A stretch of DNA of 53,851 bases, counting the filler, from a bacterium (GTDB lineage Bacteria > JBDRGX01): assembly GCA_043817485.1 (NCBI GenBank). It is 8 parts of 8 records of this genome, joined end to end, with 100 filler letters (N's around TTAATTAATTAA, not from the genome) between each part and the next. Parts side by side here need not be neighbours in the genome. Positions count along the whole stretch, not along the records: positions 40,365 to 45,024 come from JBDRGX010000143.1; positions 45,125 to 51,114 come from JBDRGX010000144.1; positions 51,215 to 53,851 come from JBDRGX010000145.1; 5 more parts are not named here. One strand, written 5' to 3'. A program made the position numbers and the translations under genes. Under the pieces are notes generated by a model, which was not told the origin of the DNA, did not search any database, and saw only the letters and a program-made list of their open reading frames with translations. Positions 42,075 through 51,611 of this stretch are shown piece after piece (position 1 is the stretch's first letter; each line of letters begins with the position of its first letter).

Positions 42075-42761
42075 ATGGATCTTTCAATAATAATTCCAGC
42101 TTATAATGAAGAAAAAAATATTGGTATTCTTATAGATGAAATTAAAAAAGTAGTTTCTAAATTAAATATTTCTTATGAAATAATAGTGGTTGATAATTAT
42201 TCTCAAGATAAAACTCCAGAAATAGTAAATCAGAGTGGTGCTTTATTAGTTAATCAAAAAGATCCAGGTTATGGAGGTGCACTTAAAGAAGGATTTAAAG
42301 TAGCGTGTGGTGAGTATTTTTTAACAATGGATGCGGATCTTTCTCATACACCATCTTTTATTGTTGATTTATATGAAAATAGAAATAAAGCAGAAATTAT
42401 AATTGGATCTCGATATATTGAAAATGGTAAATCTGAAACATTTTTAATAAGAAAAATTTCAAGTATTTTTTTAAATAAAATTTTTGCTTGGGTTTTAAAA
42501 CTTCCTTTTAAAGATTTATCAAGTGGATTTAGATTATATAATAAAAAAATTTTTAAAACTTTTCAAATAAAAAGTAGAGATTTTGATGTTTTAGAAGAAA
42601 TTTTAATTTTTTCATATTGTAATAATTTTAAAATTATAGAAATACCTATTCATTATAAACCACGAGCTTATGGAAAAACTCATGCAAAATTAATACAATT
42701 TTTAATTTCTTATACAAAAACATTAAATAGAATGAAAAAACTTAGAAATACACATTTATAA
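42075..42761 (+). CDS. GT2 polyprenol-phosphate glycosyltransferase (DPM1-like)
   Basis: IPAYNEE, MDADLSH, GSRY, DLSSGFR. Confidence 0.85.
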   Translation: MDLSIIIPAYNEEKNIGILIDEIKKVVSKLNISYEIIVVDNYSQDKTPEIVNQSGALLVNQKDPGYGGALKEGFKVACGEYFLTMDADLSHTPSFIVDLYENRNKAEIIIGSRYIENGKSETFLIRKISSIFLNKIFAWVLKLPFKDLSSGFRLYNKKIFKTFQIKSRDFDVLEEILIFSYCNNFKIIEIPIHYKPRAYGKTHAKLIQFLISYTKTLNRMKKLRNTHL

Positions 42762-42839
42762 AATAAAATTAATAATTAGAATTCAGAAATCAAGTGTTAG
42801 AATAAAAAAACTTACATCATAAAAAAATATATTTGTATT

Positions 42840-43080
42840 TGTAGGGGACTTGTTCTTGCCTAATATGCAAGAAAGGCGACCAATAAGGGTCGCAGATACA
42901 AAAGATTTGATACACAAAAAGGCAATTGGATTGTCATCTCGACACAGGAGAGATTTATTTATAAAGAACAATTAAGAATTATTTCGATATGAAATGAGAT
43001 TTTTCACTGATCGTTCTAAATGACAAAAGCCATTTGAACGGATAACTACTGAGATTTTAGATTGGGGATTTTGGATTGAG
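42840..43080. repeat. stack of three repeat types between convergent genes
   Basis: GTAG-type REP remnant 42840..42900 (GCGACC/GGTCGC); TTGTCAT...ATGACAA element 42931..43026; GATTTTAGATT/GGATTTTGGATT 7-mers. Confidence 0.6.
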
Positions 43081-43093
43081 AAACTAAGAGATT

Positions 43094-43903
43094 TTATATT
43101 TTGGTTAAAGATTTTCTTTTTTTACAAGGTTCACAATTTTCTTTATTACACAATAAAGAAAAGGGTTCTTTTTTTATCATTTCTACAGCTACATTTATTA
43201 TATCCATTCCTTTTATTAACATAGATTCTGCATTTCCAATAAATTCTTTTTTTAGAAGACCTTTTTCTTCTAAAATAGGTTTTAATTTACGAAATCCACT
43301 ACCATCTCCAGGAATTTCTTTGGTATAATGAATGATTTTTTTATTCCCTTGATCATCAATTATTTCACAATCTTCAGCACCATAAACTGGAATGTCAATA
43401 TAAGGAGCTTGAGCAATCACTTCAGCTACATGTCCTAAAGAACAAGAAGCAAAACTTGTTCCTAAAAATAATACTAAAGCACCTTTTTTTGCAGCTTTAT
43501 GAAGAGGAGAATCGATTCCAATTGCCGATGATTTTTCTGTATGATCTTTTATAAATTCTTCAGCATAATATCCACAAGCAGCTACAGAATGAGAAGGATG
43601 GGTACTTCTTAAAACACCAGATCTTTTCCAAAAAATATCTGTAATTAAGCCCACAGTAGAAGCTGTTTTTTTAAAATGAAAAGGTTCATAACCTGGTCTT
43701 GTAGGAAAAGAATCTGTAAAAGTTGGCATTACTAAAGTACCTTTTTTTTCTAAAACTTCTAAAAAAGCATCAATAACAGTATTAGGTCCATTTTCTACAT
43801 GACCAATACTTTTTAATGAAGAATGAACTATTACAATATCACCTGTTTTTAAACCTATTTTTAATAAATCTTCTTTTATTTTTTCTTTAGTTATTACATT
43901 CAT
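43094..43903 (-). CDS. AAC(3)/YokD-family N-acetyltransferase
   Basis: VHSSLKSIG, GTLVMPTFT, RSTHPSHS, HVAE; start at ATG 43903 because the longer ORF overlaps the tRNA. Confidence 0.85.
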   Translation of the reverse strand: MNVITKEKIKEDLLKIGLKTGDIVIVHSSLKSIGHVENGPNTVIDAFLEVLEKKGTLVMPTFTDSFPTRPGYEPFHFKKTASTVGLITDIFWKRSGVLRSTHPSHSVAACGYYAEEFIKDHTEKSSAIGIDSPLHKAAKKGALVLFLGTSFASCSLGHVAEVIAQAPYIDIPVYGAEDCEIIDDQGNKKIIHYTKEIPGDGSGFRKLKPILEEKGLLKKEFIGNAESMLIKGMDIINVAVEMIKKEPFSLLCNKENCEPCKKRKSLTKI

Positions 43904-43927
43904 TTTAATATCCTTATTGAAATTTTT

Positions 43928-44006
43928 TGGTCGGGGTGAGCCGATTCGAACGGCCGACCTCTCACACCCCAAGCGAGTGCGCTAAACCAGGCTGCGCTAC
44001 ACCCCG
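43928..44006 (-). tRNA. tRNA-Pro(GGG)
   Basis: CGGGGTG acceptor stem, anticodon arm CTCGC-TTGGGGT-GTGAG, GTTCGAATC T-loop, encoded CCA. Confidence 0.93.
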
Positions 44007-44029
44007 ATAATTTGTTTAAAAAAATAAAA

Positions 44030-44773
44030 TTAAGTATTATTTTCTTCTTTTTCTAAAGCAATTGCTATTGCTAAATCAATATCTCCAGTATAAATTGCTC
44101 TTCCAATAATTATTCCTTGAAGATGAGAATAAGTTTTTTTAAATTCTTTTATTTTTTTAATATTATCTAATGAAGAAATTCCACCAGAAGCAATAAATGG
44201 AATTTTTGTATTTTTAGCAAAATTATCTATTCCTTCAAAATTAGGTCCTTTTAACATTCCATCAGATTTAATATCAGTATAAATTATTGTTTGTACTCCT
44301 ATATTTTCTATTTCTTTAGCTAATTCTATAGTATTTTTTTCGGTTACTTTATTCCATCCAGAAATAGCTATTTTTCCTTCGAAACAATCAAGAGAAACAA
44401 CTATTTTTTCTTTAAAAATATCTACACATTTTTTCAAAAAATCCCAATTTTGAAAAATGCTTGTTCCTAATATTACTCGAAAAACACCCTTAGATAAAAC
44501 TTTTTTTATAGTACGAAGATCTCTAATGCCACCACCTAATTGAATTGGAATATCAACAGATTTAATGATTTTAGTAACTACATTTAGATTACAAGGAATT
44601 CCTGCCATTGCTCCTTCTAAATCAACAATGTGAAGAAGATTAGCTCCTTTTAACTTCCATAATTTAGCAATAGAAGTAGGTTCTTGAGAAAATACGGTTA
44701 TTTTTTTCATTTTCCCTTGTTTTAAACGAACACATTTTCCGGCTTTAAGATCAATTGCTGGTATAATTAACAA
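44030..44773 (-). CDS. hisA: ProFAR isomerase
   Basis: IPAIDL, VRLKQG, LHIVDL, QLGGGIR, ASGGISS. Confidence 0.95.
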   Translation of the reverse strand: MLIIPAIDLKAGKCVRLKQGKMKKITVFSQEPTSIAKLWKLKGANLLHIVDLEGAMAGIPCNLNVVTKIIKSVDIPIQLGGGIRDLRTIKKVLSKGVFRVILGTSIFQNWDFLKKCVDIFKEKIVVSLDCFEGKIAISGWNKVTEKNTIELAKEIENIGVQTIIYTDIKSDGMLKGPNFEGIDNFAKNTKIPFIASGGISSLDNIKKIKEFKKTYSHLQGIIIGRAIYTGDIDLAIAIALEKEENNT

Positions 44774-44937
44774 AAAAATACTCCTTATAAATAATTAGTT
44801 TTAAAAATAGTAAATTTATAATGTTATTTTATTTTTTATTCTTGTCAAGAAAAATTAATTATTTAAAATAAAAATTTATAAGAAAAATAATAGATGAATT
44901 TAAAACTACAAAAAAACAGTAAAAAAATAGTTTTAAA

Positions 44938-45024
44938 TGGTGCCGAAGATGGGATTTGAACCCACACCTGTTTAAAACAGATTAGACCCTGAATCTAACA
45001 CGTCTACCAATTTCGCCACTTCGG
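44938..45024 (-). tRNA. tRNA-Leu(CAG), 5' base lost at contig edge
   Basis: anticodon arm TTAGA-TTCAGGG-TCTAA, long variable arm, GGTTCAAATCC, CCA. Confidence 0.9.
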
Positions 45025-45124
45025 NNNNNNNNNNNNNNNNNNNNNNNNNNNNNNNNNNNNNNNNNNNNTTAATTAATTAANNNNNNNNNNNNNNNNNNNN
45101 NNNNNNNNNNNNNNNNNNNNNNNN
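45025..45124. other. artificial contig spacer
   Basis: N-run with TTAATTAATTAA. Confidence 0.98.
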
Positions 45125-45628
45125 AATGATAAAATATATATATATAGTGGTTATACTGGAACTGCTGAACAAAAAGCTTTACTTATTTTTTCACCAAAAG
45201 AAAATGGTAATACTGGATCTTGGGAAATAGTTGAAGATTCTAATTTTCCTGATGGAGCAGAAAGAAGAGGTTATGGAACTGTTGTTTATGATGACAAATT
45301 ATTTATCATAGGAGGAATTCATAATGGAACATATTCTAATCGCATAGATATATGTTTTCCTTATTTAGAGGGATCAACATGGGTAAGAAAATGGTATCGA
45401 GGAAATAATGAAAATTTATCTTCAAGAACACGATTAGCAGCAATGTTATATAGCAATAATAATACTATTTATACTATTGGTGGTTATGATGGTTCAGATT
45501 CTGTTTCTACGCAAGCTTTTAATGTTTATAAAAATAAAAAAATAATGGTAAAATTTAATGTTATAAAAAAAATTAAAAACACTTTTCAAGAAGTTTATAT
45601 TTCAACTAAAATAAATACTCAAAATTAG
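45125..45628 (+). CDS. kelch-repeat protein, 5' truncated
   Basis: open frame from contig start: DKIYIYSG, DDKLFIIGG, TIYTIGGYDG with downstream Trp residues. Confidence 0.7.
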   Translation, partial: NDKIYIYSGYTGTAEQKALLIFSPKENGNTGSWEIVEDSNFPDGAERRGYGTVVYDDKLFIIGGIHNGTYSNRIDICFPYLEGSTWVRKWYRGNNENLSSRTRLAAMLYSNNNTIYTIGGYDGSDSVSTQAFNVYKNKKIMVKFNVIKKIKNTFQEVYISTKINTQN

Positions 45629-45639
45629 GAGGTAATAAA

Positions 45640-46218
45640 ATGAATGAAAAAATGAAAAGGACAAATTATTTTATTGACAAAGAATTTCAATTTAAATATG
45701 TATTAAAAATAGTAATTATAACTTTACTTACTATTGTTTATACTGCTTGTATTGTAGGTTCTGCATTTCTAATTTCTTTAAATGAAGGACTTTCTTTTAC
45801 ACAAATATTATTAAAACATCTTAGTTGGATGATTATTCTTTTAATATTTAATATTGTTTTAGTAGCAATTTATTTTTCTCATAAAATAGCTGGACCACTA
45901 TATCGATTTGAATGGGCACTTGAAAAGATTGCTCATGGAGATCTTTCCATTAAAGTAGAAATTCGCAAAAAAGATGCTTTTAATCCATTCAAAGAAGCTC
46001 TTAATACAACTGTTGAAACACTAAATAAATTTGTACAAGAAGATGAAGAAATTGTAAAAGAAATTTCAGAAATAATAAAAGAATTACAAACAGAATTAAA
46101 AAAACATAAAGATTTATCTCAAGAAAAAATAATTTATTTAATTGAAAAGTTATCTCATATAGATGAAAAAGCTAATAAAATAATACATCCTTTTAAAACA
46201 AAAAAAGAGGAAAAATAA
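45640..46218 (+). CDS. two-TM membrane protein with HAMP domain and coiled coil
   Basis: RTNYFIDKEFQ, SHKIAGPLYR, GDLS...RKKD. Confidence 0.75.
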   Translation: MNEKMKRTNYFIDKEFQFKYVLKIVIITLLTIVYTACIVGSAFLISLNEGLSFTQILLKHLSWMIILLIFNIVLVAIYFSHKIAGPLYRFEWALEKIAHGDLSIKVEIRKKDAFNPFKEALNTTVETLNKFVQEDEEIVKEISEIIKELQTELKKHKDLSQEKIIYLIEKLSHIDEKANKIIHPFKTKKEEK

Positions 46219-46223
46219 GAAAA

Positions 46224-46640
46224 ATGAATATTTTTAAATCAGAAAAAGGATTTTCTTTACTTGAAGTAATCGTAAGTTTATGGATATTTTTCACTATTTC
46301 TATTTCCATGCTTTTTGTAGTTCAACTTGGATTAAAAGCTGCAAAAGCAATAACTTGTAAAACTTCTGCAACTAATAGAGCTCAAGAAGCTATAGAAGAA
46401 TTAAAGTCATGGGATTATTCAAATATTACAGAAGCTAATTTAGTAACAAGAGGTATGCAAAATGAAATAGTGTATCTTACTAAAGGAAGATCCTTACAAG
46501 GGAATCTTTGTGCTACTAGACATATTTATGTTGAAGAAAATGCTGAACAAGATCAAAAACTAATTATTGTAGAAGTAAAATGGAATGAAAGAAGTATAGA
46601 AAAAACTGCAACCTTAACTACTTATATATATAAAGATTAA
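46224..46640 (+). CDS. type IV prepilin (PilV/GspI-like)
   Basis: KGFSLLEV N-methylation motif. Confidence 0.85.
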   Translation: MNIFKSEKGFSLLEVIVSLWIFFTISISMLFVVQLGLKAAKAITCKTSATNRAQEAIEELKSWDYSNITEANLVTRGMQNEIVYLTKGRSLQGNLCATRHIYVEENAEQDQKLIIVEVKWNERSIEKTATLTTYIYKD

Positions 46641-46644
46641 AAAT

Positions 46645-47672
46645 ATGGAAAAAATAGATAAAAATAATTTATTAAAAAAATTGGAAATATTTCTCAAATA
46701 GCTAATATAGAAGATTATAAAATAAATAGTGGGCCAGGAAAAGATGTAAGAGTTCTTTCTGTAAAAACAGGTAGTGGTTTTCAATTTTCAGTAATTCCAG
46801 ATAGAGGTATGGATATTTATCAGGCTGAATATCAAGGCAATTCATTAGAATGGCGTTCTAATACTGGTCTTATTTCTCCGTATTTTTATGAAAAAGATGG
46901 AATAGGTTGGTTGCGTAATTTTTTTGGGGGCTTATTAACTACTTGTGGATTAACTTATGCTGGAGCTTCTGATGAAAAAAATGGTCTTCATGGAAGAATA
47001 AATAATATTCCAGCAGATGAAGTTAATATTTTAAAATATTGGCAAAATAATGAATATATTTTTGAAATTACGGGTGTAGTAAAAGAAGTATCTGTTTTTG
47101 GGGATGCTTTGAAATTAACAAGAAAAATACAAACTAAATTAGGTGAAGATAAATTATTTATACAAGATAAAGTAGAAAATATTGGCTTTAAAAAATCGCC
47201 TTTAATGATTATTTATCATATCAATATTGGCTATCCTTTACTTGATTCAAACGCAAAACTTATTACTAATGAAAATTCTATTGTTTCAAGAGATGAAGAA
47301 GCAGAAAAAGGAAAAGGTCAAGAAAAAATATTTAGTGAACCATTGGAAAATTTTAAAGAGCAAGTATTTTATTTTGATCTTAAACAAGATTCTTTTGGAT
47401 ATTCAAAAGTAGCTTTAGTAAATGAAAAAATTCCATTAGGTGTTTATGTGAAATATAAAAAAGATACTTTGCCTCGATTTACAGAATGGAAAATGATGGG
47501 ATGTGGAGAATATGTTGTTGGTTTAGAACCATCTAATTGTTATCCTGAAGGAAGAAAAAAAGAAAAAGAGAGAGGTACTTTAATAGAAATTAATCCTCAA
47601 GAAATAATTACATTTGAATTAGAAATAGGTATTTTAGATACAAAAGAAAAATGTTGTTCACAAATTTTTTAA
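46645..47672 (+). CDS. DUF4432/aldose 1-epimerase-like protein; 5' end separated by a frameshift in A7 run 46674..46680
   Basis: IGNISQIA...KTGSGFQFSVIPDRGMDI continues in frame upstream of the 46809 ORF; TTCGL, LHGRI, YHINIG, GLEP. Confidence 0.8.
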
Positions 47673-47712
47673 TTTTTTTTATTTAAAAATATTACAAATA
47701 AATTTATAAAAT

Positions 47713-48858
47713 TTATTTTATCATTTCAAAAATTATTTTCACTAATCGCTCTAATGCTCCATTAGAACCCAAATTATTTATTACCTTTTCTAAATTTATT
47801 TTCATATTAGAAGTATAATTAATATCATTTAATATTTTTAAAGATAATTCAGTAATATTTTTTGAATTGACTTTTTTTTGTAATAATTCTGGGACAATTT
47901 CTTTTTCTGCTAAAATATTAGGAAGACTGACAAAAGGGTATTTTACTAATAATTTTGCAATATAATAGGTTAAAGCAGAAATTTTGTAAATAACAATTTG
48001 AGGAGTTTTAAAATAAGATGCTTCAAGAGTAGTTGTTCCAGAAGAAGTAATAATTAAAGAAGAATTGTTCATTACATCATAAGAATAGCCAGAAATTATT
48101 TTTATAAAATTAGCATTATTATTTTTAATTTTTTCAATAATTTCTTTTTCAAAAACAGAAGAAGAAACAGAAAGAACAAATTGAGATTTTATTTTGTTTT
48201 TAATTTTAATAGCACTTTCGATAATTACTGGTAAAAGATTTTTTATTTCTTGAAATCTACTGCCAGGGAATAAGCCAATTATCGGAATATTAGGATCTAA
48301 ATCGAATTTTTTCAAAAAGTTTTCTTTATCTAATTTAAGATTAGTAGTATCAAGTAAAGGATGACCAATAAAACTTACATTAGCACCTACTTTTTTATAT
48401 ATTTCAAATTCTTTTTTATAAACAGCAGCAAATTGAGTAATTAGTTTAGCAATTTTAATACCATTCCATTCACCCCAAATCCAAATTTGTGGAGCAAAAT
48501 AATAAAGAATAGGAATATTTTTCTTTTTTGCTAATTTTGCTATATTTAAATTAAATCCTTGATTATCAACTAAAATTAAAAGATTTGGTTTTTCACGATC
48601 TAAAATTTCATTTACTTTTTTCAAAGCTTTTTGATATTTAGAAAGGTATTGTAAAGATTCTAAAATTCCTACAGTATTAAATGATGTTAAATCAAGAAGA
48701 ACATTCATTCCTGCATTTTTGCATTTTTCACCACCTAATCCAAAAATATTAATAGAAGAATTTTTTTCAAATAAAGCTTTTACTAAATGTGAAGCTTGAA
48801 GATCTCCAGAAATTTCTCCAGCACAAAGCATTATTTTTATTTGTTTAAACATTTTCAT
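47713..48858 (-). CDS. lpxB: lipid-A-disaccharide synthase
   Basis: AGEISGD, PQIWIW, GHPLLD, PGSR, SGTTTLE, LPNIL, PELLQ. Confidence 0.92.
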   Translation of the reverse strand: MKMFKQIKIMLCAGEISGDLQASHLVKALFEKNSSINIFGLGGEKCKNAGMNVLLDLTSFNTVGILESLQYLSKYQKALKKVNEILDREKPNLLILVDNQGFNLNIAKLAKKKNIPILYYFAPQIWIWGEWNGIKIAKLITQFAAVYKKEFEIYKKVGANVSFIGHPLLDTTNLKLDKENFLKKFDLDPNIPIIGLFPGSRFQEIKNLLPVIIESAIKIKNKIKSQFVLSVSSSVFEKEIIEKIKNNNANFIKIISGYSYDVMNNSSLIITSSGTTTLEASYFKTPQIVIYKISALTYYIAKLLVKYPFVSLPNILAEKEIVPELLQKKVNSKNITELSLKILNDINYTSNMKINLEKVINNLGSNGALERLVKIIFEMIK

Positions 48859-49440
48859 TTACATCATCACAAAATTTTTCAATAATTTCTTGCCTTCTTT
48901 AGTGAGAATTGATTCTGGATGAAATTGAACTCCTTCTATTGGATATTTTTTATGCCTGACTCCCATAATTTCATTTTGTTTTGTTTGGGCAGTAATTTCT
49001 AAACAATCTGGAATAGTTTCTTTTTCAATAATTAAGGAATGATATCTTGTAGCTTCAAAAGGATTTTCTAAATTTTTAAAAATTGTTTTACCATCATGAT
49101 AAATTAAAGATGTTTTTCCATGCATTAAATTTTTTGCTCTAATAACATTTCCTCCAAATACATCTCCTATACATTGATGGCCTAAACATACACCTAAAAT
49201 AGGAATTATTTCAGCAAAATTTTTAATTACATCATTAGAAATACCAGCTTCTTTTGGAGTACAAGGACCAGGAGAAATAACAATTTTGTTGGGTTTTAAT
49301 TTTTTTATTTCAGCAATAGTAATTTTATCATTTCTTTTAACAATTATATTTATGCCCATTTCCCCTAAATACTGAACTAAATTAAAAGTAAAAGAATCAT
49401 AATTATCAATCATTAAGATTTTCATTAAGAAAACCTCCAT
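48859..49440 (-). CDS. anthranilate/aminodeoxychorismate synthase glutamine amidotransferase (TrpG/PabA)
   Basis: [30 protein letters not shown]. Confidence 0.93.
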   Translation of the reverse strand: MEVFLMKILMIDNYDSFTFNLVQYLGEMGINIIVKRNDKITIAEIKKLKPNKIVISPGPCTPKEAGISNDVIKNFAEIIPILGVCLGHQCIGDVFGGNVIRAKNLMHGKTSLIYHDGKTIFKNLENPFEATRYHSLIIEKETIPDCLEITAQTKQNEIMGVRHKKYPIEGVQFHPESILTKEGKKLLKNFVMM

Positions 49441-49488
49441 TTTTATTGGAAATTATTTTTAGTTTTTTATTATAAATGGTAATATTAT

Positions 49489-50175
49489 TTATTTTTTCTT
49501 CATTATAAACAAATACTTAAATCCTCTCAAATAAAAATTAAACTGTCTCGCTCTATTATGCCATATATCTGTATTTGATGTTTGGTTGTGTCTGGTTACG
49601 CAAATAATGTCAATTGTTTCAAAATATTTTTCTAATCGCTGATAGAGCAAAAACCCAGTTGGTGTAAATTTCTTTTTTATCCATTGGTCACCAATTAGCC
49701 ACGCCATCGCTTTGTTTGGTTTTAAGATTCTATGAATTTCTTTAGCAACTTTTTCTAATTCCTCAAAAAATTCTTGTTTTTCGCAAGATATTTTTCCAAT
49801 ACATTTACTTTCATCTGAATAATTGATATTATCTGAATATGGCGAGTCAATGAAAACAAAATCAACACTATTATTATCAAGAGGAATTTGTCTTGCATCA
49901 TTCCTTATTACATCTGGTCGCACAATATTTATATCATAACCAATAACTTTTCGTTTTAGCTCTGTTGCAACATCAATTGTAGTTCCACTGCCACACATAG
50001 GATCAACAACTAAATCATTTTCTTTTGTATAGCGTTGTAATAAATTCCAAATAACAAAAGCAGGGGTTACTCCATTATATTTATTGTTACCATGTGGTTT
50101 TTCTCCATAATTTTGAGTAGGAAAATCCCATAGCGTAGTAGATTCAAGAATTAATTCTTTTTTATTTTTTTCCAT
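49489..50175 (-). CDS. DNA amino-methyltransferase of Type II RM locus
   Basis: DPMCGSGTT SAM motif, DSPY; overlaps endonuclease gene. Confidence 0.8.
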   Translation of the reverse strand: MEKNKKELILESTTLWDFPTQNYGEKPHGNNKYNGVTPAFVIWNLLQRYTKENDLVVDPMCGSGTTIDVATELKRKVIGYDINIVRPDVIRNDARQIPLDNNSVDFVFIDSPYSDNINYSDESKCIGKISCEKQEFFEELEKVAKEIHRILKPNKAMAWLIGDQWIKKKFTPTGFLLYQRLEKYFETIDIICVTRHNQTSNTDIWHNRARQFNFYLRGFKYLFIMKKK

Positions 50176-50839
50176 TTATCAACTTCTTTAAGTCGTCAAT
50201 GAATTTGTCAAACATTTTAACCTTGCTGCTTTCATCAATATTCGTTTCACTTAACACATAGCTACCATCTAAATCTACTTCAATTATTGCTCTACCTTTC
50301 TTTGCAGGTTTTCTTACTGTTAATGTACCATCTTCATCAGATGTTACAAAATAAACTTTTATATGTTTTGTAACTTCGTTAGAAGCAAGTTTTATTTTCC
50401 AGTAACCAGTTTGGGCAATTCTTTCTCGTAAAGTTACCTTACTTGAAAGTACTGCGATAACCTTACTTGTAAATGGGTCATAGATGATAATATCTACATC
50501 TGGAAGATGTGAACCAAATTCCCCATAATCAATAAGTAAATTTCTTTTTACTAAACTCATCTCTTTTGGTAGATTTTCCCCTTTAGTTCTTTCAAGAGAA
50601 TTGCCATTTACTACTTCAAGTCCTAAACTTCTAACTTCATCAGTAATTATATATTCAATAAGTTTTTCAAGATTTTTCCCCTTAAATGCTCTCCATGATT
50701 GCTCGTGATCAGTTCCATTAAAATCTTTTTCATGTTGTGTTTTTGCTTCTGCCAAAAGGTTTGAAATATAACGATATGCTTCATTGCCATGCATTTGTTT
50801 TTTTCTGTCATACAATTTGATGAGATCTTTTATATTCAT
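50162..50839 (-). CDS. BsaWI-like (CCGG-family) Type II restriction endonuclease
   Basis: PDVD...SSKVTLRER motif of the Cfr10I/NgoMIV/BsaWI family; flanked by two MTases. Confidence 0.75.
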   Translation of the reverse strand: MNIKDLIKLYDRKKQMHGNEAYRYISNLLAEAKTQHEKDFNGTDHEQSWRAFKGKNLEKLIEYIITDEVRSLGLEVVNGNSLERTKGENLPKEMSLVKRNLLIDYGEFGSHLPDVDIIIYDPFTSKVIAVLSSKVTLRERIAQTGYWKIKLASNEVTKHIKVYFVTSDEDGTLTVRKPAKKGRAIIEVDLDGSYVLSETNIDESSKVKMFDKFIDDLKKLINGKK

Positions 50840-51114
50840 ATTTTTTCCATTACTAAAATATATTCGGTTGGATATGCTAATTTTAGATTTTTGTCATTTA
50901 CTTTTACAAATTGTCCTGTTTTCGTATCTCGTGTTGATGGTAGCATTTTAGATGGAATTTCTCTATGAATAATATTATAAGTTTTGAAACCAATGTTTTC
51001 GAATTGTTCTTGAAAAACTTCAGCATTCATAATTTCTACACCTTGAAATTGAGTGTTTCCAATAACAATACAAGCTTTACCACCTTTTTTCAAAGTTCTT
51101 TTCATTTCAATAAA
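50836..51114 (-). CDS. DNA methyltransferase C-terminus (partial)
   Basis: EMKRTLKKGGKACIVIGN...EYILV. Confidence 0.7.
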   Translation of the reverse strand, partial: FIEMKRTLKKGGKACIVIGNTQFQGVEIMNAEVFQEQFENIGFKTYNIIHREIPSKMLPSTRDTKTGQFVKVNDKNLKLAYPTEYILVMEKI

Positions 51115-51214
51115 NNNNNNNNNNNNNNNNNNNNNNNNNNNNNNNNNNNNNNNNNNNNTTAATTAATTAANNNNNNNNNNNNNNNNNNNNNNNNNNNNNN
51201 NNNNNNNNNNNNNN
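51115..51214. other. artificial contig spacer
   Basis: N-run with TTAATTAATTAA. Confidence 0.98.
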
Positions 51215-51404
51215 AATTCCGTTTTTAATCACAATATCTTTAATATTTTGAATTACTTCATCTGTAGTTAATGAAAGAATATTTTGAGCGAATACCTTCA
51301 ATACAGGCATTGTCAAAGGTGTTTTTCTCCTGCCCTTTAAATACAGCAATTACCGACTGAATCGCTTGTTGCTGATATTCTAATTGTTCAAGTTTGAATT
51401 TCAT
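51215..51404 (-). pseudogene. N-terminus of Type III restriction (Res) subunit; frameshifted near 51282..51285 and truncated by contig edge
   Basis: MKFKLEQLEYQQQAIQSVIAVFKGQ then, after shift, NILSLTTDEVIQNIKDIVIKNGI. Confidence 0.6.
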
Positions 51405-51549
51405 AATCCATTACCTTTTTTTCTTTTTGCCTAACATGGATATTAAGCATTTAAAATGGGCAAATTCCTTTATTCTTCCAATAAAAACACCTAAATCCTT
51501 TTTCTTAACACACATATATTTTTTCTGCTTTTTTAGTCAACCAGCATTC

Positions 51550-51577
51550 CATACAACTTGTGTATATCCACTATTAG
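51550..51577. terminator. hairpin downstream of lipoprotein gene (approximate coordinates 51560..51587)
   Basis: TGTATAT-C-CACT-ATT-AGTG-C-ATATACA; no clear U tract. Confidence 0.25.
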
Positions 51578-51611
51578 TGCATATACACCACAATAAAAAA
51601 GATTACAAATT

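Noticed and set aside
43094-43903. AAC(3)-family gene after a tRNA as a resistance island
   Set aside because: Host-like composition, no integrase or att duplication; the family includes many non-resistance enzymes.
43904-43972. N-terminal extension of the AAC(3) ORF
   Set aside because: Overlaps tRNA-Pro.
10201-51214. Seven identical TTAATTAATTAA motifs within N-runs
   Set aside because: Artificial six-frame-stop contig linkers. ORFs ending in X and any gene adjacency across them are artefacts.
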